In this document: in pieces, positions 1 through 7,989 of the stretch
Layout of the letters: each line of letters opens with the position of its first letter
Position numbering within the stretch: the stretch's first letter is position 1
Source of the DNA: Octopus sinensis
Lineage: Eukaryota
Direction of reading: 5' to 3'
Length of the DNA stretch: 17,084 bases
Assembly: GCF_006345805.1 (NCBI RefSeq)
Contig: NW_021824956.1
Span: 1 to 17,084, forward strand
Notes under the pieces: model-generated
Seen by the model: only the letters and a program-made list of their open reading frames with translations
Told to the model about the DNA's origin: nothing
Database searches by the model: none
Position numbers and translations under genes: made by a program

Positions 1-29
1 TAGATACCTTCAAATTAATTATATGTTAA
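1..29. repeat. End of a preceding copy of the 75-bp satellite array (partial type-A monomer)
   Basis: tagatacctt caaattaattatatgtta matches the array end at 16162-16191 (tagagaccttccaaattaaattatatatta), with several indels. Confidence 0.8.
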
Positions 30-87
30 TGTCCCATGGGTGATCAGACCCCCATGGGCAACCTGGCCTTTACGTGTTTCATGGCAC
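28..87. repeat. Right terminal inverted repeat of the preceding satellite element
   Basis: Direct copy of 16190-16251 (atgtc.catgggtgatcagacccccatgggca.cctggcctttacgtgtttc.atggca.c) with a few single-base losses. Confidence 0.85.
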
Positions 88-218
88 TTCTAGCAAATAT
101 TTACGACGAACGAACGAACAGATTTTATTGACTTAGCAACCGAAAGAGAAGAGTTATATGAAAAGGTTTTATTAAAATCGAGACACCGAAAGCCTCCTCC
201 TTGCTTCCTTTTCACTTC

Positions 219-2789
219 TCATGCCCTTTGCAATGAGCAGGACTTGCCGAATGTTTTGAGTTTGTTCGTCTAGCTCTCTGGGAGATCCTGATCAAGCCGT
301 AGCTTATACGCCAGTTTAATCGCAAAGCGCCTTGTTTTCTCCAGTTTGGTGATTATGCGATTTCTCTCGTCTGTAGGGTACCAACCTTCATGTCCATAGA
401 TAAGGACTGGTTCTACAGTCGCCTTATAGATGAAGATAAAGGTGTCTGGGGAGAGATGGAAGCGTATAAGGCTTCTCAGGATCCCGGAACATTTCCTTCT
501 TCTAGATTCCACGAACTTAAGGAACGATCCGTCAGCCCCGATCGTTACCCCAAGGTAGCGTAGGTCGTCAGAAATTCTTAGTCCCATTGTCTCCAGAAGT
601 GGTTCTCTTCCTTTCCGAGTTTTAGAAATCCACGTGATGGTGGACTTGTCTCGTGCTAAAGAGAGGGCTTTCTCCGTTGCCCAAGACTCAACCCTCGCTA
701 CATATTCCCTCAGCCTTTTCCAAGAGAGGTCCTTGGATCGCGACAGATCCGTAACCAATATGTCGTCCGCATAGATAATTAGTAGACTCTCCGGATTTTC
801 TGGTTTCGGGATGTCGGCAACGTATAAGTTGAAAAGTAGAGGGCTCAGGACCGACCCTTGAGGCACTCCCCTCCTTAGATTGATTGTATCCGAGGTCCGG
901 TTACCACATCTGATAAAAGACTTTCGCATGTGTAAGAAATTCTCTAGCCATTTGACAGTCCTTTGCCCCGGATGGATACTGATGATCCTTTCCAGGAGGC
1001 CTAGGTGCCAAACGCTGTCGAACGCCTTTGAAATGTCCAGACAAACAGCTGTCATCCCCATCTTGTGTGTAAGGGCCCTCGAGATTTGCGTTTCCAGTTG
1101 CAAAGCAGTTTCCACAGGACTTCCCACGTCGGAAACCCCATTGTTCTTTAGCCAGGTAACCTGACTCCTCCACGAGAATAGATAATCTGTTAAAGATTAT
1201 ACGTTCCATGATTCTTGATATGGAGCAGATGAGACTTATGGGTCGGAAATTTTCTGCACGGTCTTTAGGTTTCCCTGCCTTTGGAATCATTCGTACCACG
1301 GTTTTCTTCCATGCATTCGGGACGTATCCAGTCTCCCAACTGGCATTGAAAAGTATCGTTATTATCTTGACTAGGCTTATCGGGGCCTCTTTGAAGACTC
1401 GGATGGGTATGTAATCAAACCCGGTGCGTTGTCCTTGCATCTTTTAATTGCTAGTAGGGTTTCATCCAGGGTGATTGCGTGACAAAGTCGACCAGGGACA
1501 TTTTCGCAGAGGCTATTGCCCTCTTTTTATCGTCCATTATATCTGTCGGGACAAAACAGCTCGGGTCGACATCTTGAATTTTCGCCAGTTGTTGACGTAA
1601 AGCGTCAGGTACATCGTCTCGGTTGATGGCATAGCCATTTTCTGTGGTTAAATTGATTTCATCTCCTTTGCATTCCGTTCCTTTAGGCGATTATATGCCT
1701 TCCAGAAACTTGGGTGTCTTCGATTAAGCTTAGAACATTCCAATCTCCAAGCTGAGTCAATGTTTTCTTTAGACCTTTTGTCGATCCTCTTTTTAAGAGA
1801 GGAAATCATTGCTCGTAGGCGTGTGCAGTCTGTTGGGTCAAAACATCTGCGTAGCCTCTTCTGGTATCTTGCCTTTTCTTTCAGGAGACTCACTACTGTG
1901 TCGTCGAGTTCATGAGTCCCTCCACCAGAGTGTTTAATGAACTTTTTCCTGGAGAACTTCTCCAAAGAAGTGTTGATGAGATTCCTAACGAGCTGGTCCA
2001 GACTTTCAATTTGTTTTGTCGTGTGAACTGCTGCCCGATGTATGAGTGACTCTAGCGAGGTTGTCAGGAATAGGGACACAAGGGGCCAATTCGTTTGATT
2101 GGTATTGTATCCAATAAATACTTCATCTTGCAGAACTGAGCTTGCACGTAACACCATTGTTTGAGGAAGGTGATCGCTTCCGATATCAATTTCAATGCGT
2201 GGGCGGTCACAGAGGGGGGCTAAGCAGTCCGCCACGAGAAACACACCAAGTCGATCTTCTCCGTAACATGAGAAGTGATTCGTTTCGTCAGAGGACCAGA
2301 CCTCAAAACCGTGTCTCGCCGATAAGGTATGAAGTAACCGTCCGTCACTGTTTGTGATACGCATCCATATAGCGAGTTCTTTGCGTTTAGGTCTCCGACT
2401 AGAATCGACTTTCCATTTGCCTTGAAGAAACCTCCAACTAGGCCTGGGTAACTCTTGAGGTCCTTTGAGTACATCCCCCCAATAGTGATCCATCCCAGAG
2501 AAGTATGGAGCTCGAGAGACAGCATTTCGCATCGACTTTCTTCTATTCTCCTGTAGTTTCTTGTTTGAAGGTTTTCTTTATAGTAGATGCACGATCCGGT
2601 TCCCGCATTCGCGAACGGTTTCCAAGCAATACTCAATGACTTGTATCCTTTGATGCTGAAGGATTGGCTTTCCTTCAGTTTCGATTCATTGATAACAAGT
2701 ATATCCATGTCTACGGAGCCAATCATGTGGAGTAGCTACGTAGCCCGTCTCCGAAGAGATCGGGCGTGTGTGAGCGTCATAACGCTCAT
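219..2789 (-). CDS. LINE-A ORF2, apurinic-like endonuclease + reverse transcriptase (~855 codons, broken by several frameshifts in this sequence)
   Basis: APE motifs: ARSLRRR, VINESKL, LVGDLNAKN, IGSDHLP. RT motifs: WKKTVVRMIPKAGK, FRPISLICSISRIMERII, CLDISKAFDSVWH, GVPQGSVLSPLLFNLY, YADD, YLGVTI. The stop at 219-221 is inferred from the open frame in the second copy (16382). Confidence 0.93.
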
Positions 2790-2872
2790 ATCTTTCGTCT
2801 GATACTGGCGGCAGACCTCTCCTTTAAGGCGCCACCAGGAGGAGTCAACCCTCTCCCATCTTTTTGTCAGCG
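2786..2872 (-). pseudogene. C-terminal remnant of LINE-A ORF1 (gag-like)
   Basis: One frame reads ...ALKERSAASIRRKI*, resembling the LINE-B ORF1 end LLSERSSPAK*. Its TGA overlaps the ORF2 ATG (ATGA at 2786-2789). Confidence 0.6.
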
Positions 2873-3080
2873 ATATTTACTAAAAGGCCAACTAATATAA
2901 AGACAATGGAAGTTTTATTGTAAGTAAAACAGAGACTAAGTAAAAAGGTTGGACGAGGTTAAACGAGACGACTGCGAAGACAGTCGAGCTCTGCCGAGAT
3001 TCGTCCTAAGGGAATATATGAGCCGGTTTTTGAAGAGTCACTCTCTGATTGAATTTCAGACGCGATCCACGAAAAATCGG

Positions 3081-5644
3081 TCACCTGAGACCGCCGACGA
3101 AAGTTCGGATGGAATCAAGGATGACTTTCTCGATTAGTGGAGATTTCTCCTCTGCCCAGTTGGGTAGCGGGGCGCGTAGATCCAATCTGTACGCTAGCTT
3201 TAACGCATAGCGACGGATCTTCTCACATTTTTTCATATTTTTTCCGAATTGGTTTGAATAGTGCCACGCCTCCATCCCATACAAGAGACTTGGGAGAATC
3301 GTCGCGCGAAAGACAAACAGAAGTGTCGGGGGCCAAATGCATACCCCTCAGGAAGCGAAGGGCCGCACGCCTTTTCCTTTTTTGGGTGATGTGCAGTAAG
3401 TACTCCGAGTTAGAGTCTACCGTCAAGCCCAGATAGCGAATGTGGCTCGGGCGGGGAAGTCTTCTGAGAATCTCAGGCTCTTGCCTCGATTTGCGCCGTG
3501 AGTTAATTTCAGGTACGCCGACTTGTCCATAGCAATGGATAGTTGTTTACCCCGACACCAGGTCTCTATCATTCCGATGTAGCTGGAAGACGGTGCTCCG
3601 AGAGTGCGGGGGCTTTTTGAATATCCATAATGAGGACGTCATCAGCGTACAAGAGGAAAGTTGTCCGCGGATTGGGGAAGGAAGGGAAGCTGCTCATCAC
3701 AAGGTTGAACAGCAGCGGGCTGAGACTGGATCCCTGCGGACACCCCTTCGGAGATGTATATCTCTGGAGTGGAAGCCCGACTGGGACCAAAGAGATACGG
3801 TTAGAAAGAAGCAATTCAGCCAGAGAAATGCCTCTCTCGTTGGCTCACAACTGCGAACCCTGTCAATAGGTCTGGGTGGTACACGCTGTCGAATGCTTTA
3901 GAGATGTCAAGGCAGATGCAAGATAAAGTTTCGTTGAACTCCATTGCTTTCAAAGCCATCGATTGAGAATCAGAAAACAATCGGCGCAGCTGCGCCCGAG
4001 CGGAACCCCACTGCTGGGGCAGAAGCACGCATTTTCTGCTCAGCGAAGGAGTCGAAGCGTTTGGTCATAATTTTTTCCATAAGCCTCGAGATCGTTGTAT
4101 TAGACTGATGGGTCGATAGCTGCTGGCAAGGTAGCTGGTTTTGCAGGTTTCTTGATCATCCGGATTTCGGCGACTTTCCAGGCACTTGGAACGTGGCTCC
4201 AGCGAAGACTAGCCGAGAAGAGGCGTGCCAAAAACTCAGACAGTTCCGGAGGGCCTTCTTTGAACATTTTCATTGGTAGCATGTCATGCCCCGGTGCGTT
4301 GTCCCTCGCCGAGAGGATGGCCCAGGTCACCTCAGCGGCGGTGATTGGGTGATGATCAACAGATAGGGAGTCTGCTTGGTCTATAGGACTGGCATGTGAG
4401 TTTCCCCAGCGATCCTCATGGTCCGGCAGAGGACGGTCCAGGTGATCAGCAAATATGTTGGGGATTTCCTCCACCGACCGAGGCATTCCAGCTGAGTTCG
4501 ATAATTCTGGTGCCTGAGAGTTCACGAGATGATTAGAGAGTCTGTTGTAGGCTATCCAGAAGTTTGGGTTCCTGTGATTAAGACCAGAGCAGGCCTTCTT
4601 CCACATCCTCTCAAGATCTTTCTTTCTTGTGAGTTCAATTTTGTGGTTGAGCAGAGAGATTTCCGACCTTAGGGTACCTTGGTCCGTTGGGTCGGCACAG
4701 CGTTTTGAGCTTGTTTCGCAGGCGTTTCTTTTCGCCCAGAAGTTGGAGAAGTTTGGGGTTTTGATGTGTAATGCCCTTGCTAGTTGGGCGCACCCTCCTA
4801 GCGTGGGCTTCCAAGTAGAGTCGCATGAAGTCCGTCAATTCGGCGCCCGAGTTGTCGATGTCCGAGGTAGATTGATAGCTGCCTGGGCGTACGTTGTTGC
4901 GAAAGAAACGTTCAGAGCATAACGGTAGTGCGCCCAGTTGATGTTCGAAAGGGTGTATCGTGGTGGGCAACGGATTTGGGTGTCTACCGAGACGTGGACA
5001 CAGACCTGCATTGGCAGTGGTCGCTCCCAATATCGTCGAGTACTATTGTTCTCCCATAAGATTCGCGACTGATTGAGAGCTCAGTGCTACGCAAAGGTTG
5101 TCCCAGCCGAATGGGGAGCGGTGGTTCCGGGCTTTCGAGGTGCGGACACAGACGTCTAGCCTACCTGCCGCTCTTTCAAGTAACCGGCCGTCCCGATTGG
5201 TCACGCGACACCAAATGCCGTGTGTTTGGAGTTTAGATCACCGATGAGGAGGCAATGATTTGAGCTGACAAAAGAAGTCTTCGATAAGACCGATGCATGG
5301 AGCAAGGTTTTGCGATATATTCCGCCCACTTTTAACCAAAAGCGCTGGGTTTTAATCTCTAGCGAGATAAATTCGCATAGGTTCCGTTCGATAGTCTTGA
5401 GGTTACGTGTCTTGAGATTTTGCAGGTAGTAGATAGTCGTCCCAGTCCCAGGCGTAGAGTTATTTCTCCATTTCAGGTCAAGGGAGCAGTATCCTGGCAA
5501 TTCGAAGCATTGACCTTCTTTCAGCTTAGACTCGTTGACGACGATTAAGTCAGGATGGCCGCTGTTTACCATCTCAACGAAGTCGAGGTGCCGTCTCTTG
5601 ACAGATCGGGCATTCACAGCGATGATTTTTAGTGGCGTGGTCAT
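3081..5644 (-). CDS. LINE-B ORF2, endonuclease + reverse transcriptase (~855 codons, multiple frameshifts)
   Basis: MTTPLKIIAVNARSVKRR, VVNESKL, LIGDLNSKH, DDIGSDH, SAWKVAEIRMIKKPAKP, CLDISKAFDSVYH, PQGSSLSPLLFNLV, YADD and EKIRRYALKLAYRL occur in colinear order across the ORF fragments. Confidence 0.92.
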
Positions 5645-6514
5645 TTTGCTGGCGAGCTCCTCTCTGATAGGAGCTCTTCTAGCTTCTTGGGTTTGACTCC
5701 CAGTTTCAGCAGTGCGTCGACACAGCGTTGGTAAAATTCCAACAGAGCATCCTTGTTGTGAGAGTCTACCTTCGCCTGCGTTTTGGCCTGCTGAGTACCG
5801 TTCCTTATTGGGCTGACGGGCCTCGGTTTCACAGCCTCGGCGACAGGGGCCTGCATGCTCTGCGCACCAACCTCAACGACTTGCGTCGTCTGGGTATGGG
5901 CGTCCCGCCACACACGGGGTTATTAGCGGCCGTACTTTCCAGATAGGCGTGACCGGCTTAGCTTTTACCATTACCATGCGGGTTGGGTTAGGAGACCGAG
6001 GCATTGCTTCTGCGCGGGCGGCCCATTTAGCTGCTGTTGCAGCTTTGGCCGTCGGGCATCCACCATACGAAGCGAGGTGGCCGGGGCGGTCACAATTGAT
6101 ACAATGCCGACCGCAGGGCTCCACTAGACTTTGTTTGCTGCAGGGCATTCCCTTCGGTCGTGGTCCTTGCCGCAGTATAAGCACCGGGCTTTTTCTTGAC
6201 AGTTACGGGACAGGTGTCCGAATCTCTGACAATGGAAACATCGGACGACAGGAGGTCTGAACCATTCACAGGTGATAAGGCAGAAACCAGCTGTGATTCC
6301 GGTGCGGATCAAAGAAGTAGCTTCAGCTCGTGAGTCAAGCGTCAGCTTAGCAACTGGGATGTTGAGACCATCTCGCGTGAATCGCTCGAGAACGAACACC
6401 GACTGAGGGTTTCCTTCAGGTGCAGCTCTAGGTCCCGATTGGAGATCCATCGCGGAATCCCTTTAGGACTAGTGCTGACTTTTGCGGAGTAACTAAGGCA
6501 AGTTTATGGCCGCC
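5641..6514 (-). CDS. LINE-B ORF1, gag-like nucleic-acid-binding protein (N-terminus missing, frameshifted)
   Basis: Knuckles CFHCQRFGHLSRNC (CX2CX4HX4C), CLYCGKDHDRREC (CX2CX3HX4C) and CINCDRPGHLASYGGC (CX2CX4HX6C) at 6056-6240. Upstream LVLKG/IPRWISNRDLELHL segment is typical of Jockey/I/R1-type ORF1. Confidence 0.9.
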
Positions 6515-6522
6515 TATAAAGA

Positions 6523-7260
6523 AACGAACATTTTTTGAATTGAAATGTTATTTTCTATGTACAACTCGTCACTAGATTAAAAGGGGGAGAAGAGCAAACG
6601 AAACCAAGGAGACGAGAAACAAGTTTGTTTGCTGATTGGGTCATTCTAATGGGACACCAGATGTCCCTTCGATAAAATAACGACCCTTGCACCACTATTT
6701 ATTTAAGTGATGCAACAAGTTTTCAATGGATCGTACCGATCCCTCCAGCTCTGGGGTTAGTTTGGATTTTAAGTCCAAGCCATGTGCCAGTTTTAATGGC
6801 ATATCTCCGCGTTTTCTCCAAAAGATCAATATGTTTCTTTCCTTCGCAGCTTCCGAACCATCCTTGAGATCATAGATCAGGAAGGGTTCTATACACCAGA
6901 GTATACGTATAAGAACGTTTCCGGTTTCAGCTGGAATCGCATCAGAGCTTTCAACATTTGGGTAGCCTGTTCTTTCTCTTCCTTATATACATCTTGAATG
7001 AACCAGTTGCATCCACAACTATTCCGAGGTATTTAAGATCATCCACGGGTTTTATCGCTCCGGTGTTAATACAAACATCAGGTTTCCTTCTCCTTTTACC
7101 AATCCAGCAAACAGTGCTTTTTTCAAAAGATAAAGACAAGCCTTTATCCTGGCACCATTTGCCAATTTTTTCGATATGACTGTGGGTTTTCCACGATATT
7201 GACTTGCTCATAGAGAAATCCATAATTAAAATATCGAACAGAACTAATGATTGAACTTTA
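6523..7260 (-). mobile_element. LINE-C: short 3' fragment of a third related non-LTR family
   Basis: RT C-terminal homology, a 3' UTR, and an end (CAAAAAATGTTCGTT, sense) resembling the LINE-A end (CAATAAAATCTGTTCGTT). The 5' boundary is approximate (7250-7300). Confidence 0.8.
6695..7260 (-). pseudogene. LINE-C ORF2 RT C-terminal remnant
   Basis: SLVLF-DILIMDFSMSKSISWK, KGLSLSFEKS, LKYLGIVVD and LEKTRRYAIKLAHGLDL align with LINE-A DDILVTDLSRSKDLSWK, LRYLGVTIG and LEKTRRFAIKLAYKL. Frameshifted; stop at 6695-6697. Confidence 0.85.
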
Positions 7261-7437
7261 AATTTTTGAGAAAATGATGTTTTATATTTGAAACCTGCTT
7301 GCTTTAAAATTGTAAAATTATTTACAACATTAGCAAATTATAATGTGAATTATTTTTATTTTTGATAATATAAATTGCAACATTAGCAAATTATCATTTA
7401 CATCAAATTTTTCGCAAAGTTTGTAACAACGTTAACT

Positions 7438-7597
7438 CTAACCTTAACCCAAACCCTAACGTTGGCAAATGACAACATAAATATATTTCAAAATCTGAAT
7501 CCTAACTTAACCCAAACCCTAACGTTGGCAAATGACAACATAATAGATTCAAAATCTGAACCCTAACCTTAACCCACACCCTAACGTAACCCTAACT
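7438..7597. repeat. ~62-bp tandem repeat (2.5 copies) containing telomere-like CCCTAA/TAACCC words
   Basis: Unit ctaaccttaacccaaaccctaacgttggcaaatgacaacataa...ttcaaaatctgaa starts at 7438, 7502 and 7563. CCCTAA at 7454, 7517, 7561, 7579, 7590. The related word caacattagcaaattat occurs at 7325 and 7378. Confidence 0.85.
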
Positions 7598-7926
7598 CGA
7601 AATTAAATGATGTTTCTGCTGACGATTCTTAAGACATTTTGACAAAATTGGAAGCTTTTTGGGCCAACGGTGTTTGCTTCGAGCATTCATATCCTCCGGG
7701 AATATCCCGATTAACGTTTCCTTAATATGATTGTATTCGTTAATATTTCTGACGTAACCCTTAAACCCAGACATCACAAAGTGTGAGAGACCCGCTGTTA
7801 AAATTATAAACTTTGGGTAAGCCATTTTAAAAGATAATTCAAATGTAATTTTTAATTAGAATAATTGATCAATCTACACTCTTCCATATATAAATTGTTA
7901 TATTCAATATTTAATACCTTTTCTGC

Positions 7927-7989
7927 GTTTCCATAGAAACACGTAAAAGGACTGGCTGCCCATAGCGACATAGTCGCCCATGTGACATA
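7927..7989. repeat. Left terminal inverted repeat
   Basis: gtttccatagaaacacgtaaaaggactggctgcccatagcgacatagtcgcccatgtgacata aligns to the reverse complement of 16190-16251 at 49/63 columns; the inner 13 bp are identical. Confidence 0.85.

Larger units (their letters stand above)
105..2872 (-). mobile_element. LINE-A: 5'-truncated non-LTR retrotransposon, Jockey/I-group-like (APE-RT, no RNase H)
   Basis: APE and RT motifs on the minus strand. The 3' UTR has AATAAA (124-129) and a (GTTC)n tail (105-119). Flanked by the direct repeat ATATTTAC at 97-104 and 2873-2880. Clade assignment is by motif resemblance only. Confidence 0.92.
2904..6514 (-). mobile_element. LINE-B: 5'-truncated non-LTR retrotransposon related to LINE-A but a distinct family
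   Basis: ORF1 with three zinc knuckles plus APE-RT ORF2. AATAAA at 2914-2919 (minus). Flanked by the direct repeat TATAAAGA at 2896-2903 and 6515-6522. Confidence 0.92.

Noticed and set aside
219-3300. RNase H or C-terminal zinc finger after the RT in LINE-A or LINE-B
   Set aside because: Both ORF2s end roughly 100 codons after the YLG motif, with no such motifs visible.
880-7179. Plus-strand ORFs (880-1164, 1208-1414, 2142-2357, 2587-2802, 2949-3137, 3137-3436, 3593-3901, 3630-3869, 4152-4352, 4629-4922, 5728-5946, 5949-6260, 6958-7179)
   Set aside because: Short antisense shadows of LINE sequence with no recognisable motifs.
105-7260. HeT-A/TART/TAHRE-like telomeric retrotransposon array (three Jockey-like families, head to tail, 5'-truncated)
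   Set aside because: Candidate TSDs around A and B indicate internal insertions rather than end addition. The nearby telomere-like words are C-strand on plus, the wrong polarity for a chromosome end beyond the LINE 5' ends. Not excluded without chromosomal context.
7592-7825. 77-aa minus-strand ORF with faint resemblance to a Merlin/IS1595 DDE segment (FVMSGFKGY...EYNH)
   Set aside because: The catalytic Asp position is Ser, the downstream E/W motif is absent, and the ORF is short. An HMM search against DDE_Tnp_IS1595 would be needed; a significant hit would reinstate it.
7959-7963. CCCAT...ATGGG inner ends suggesting piggyBac-type CCC termini
   Set aside because: The inverted repeat continues ~30 bp further out and there is no flanking TTAA.
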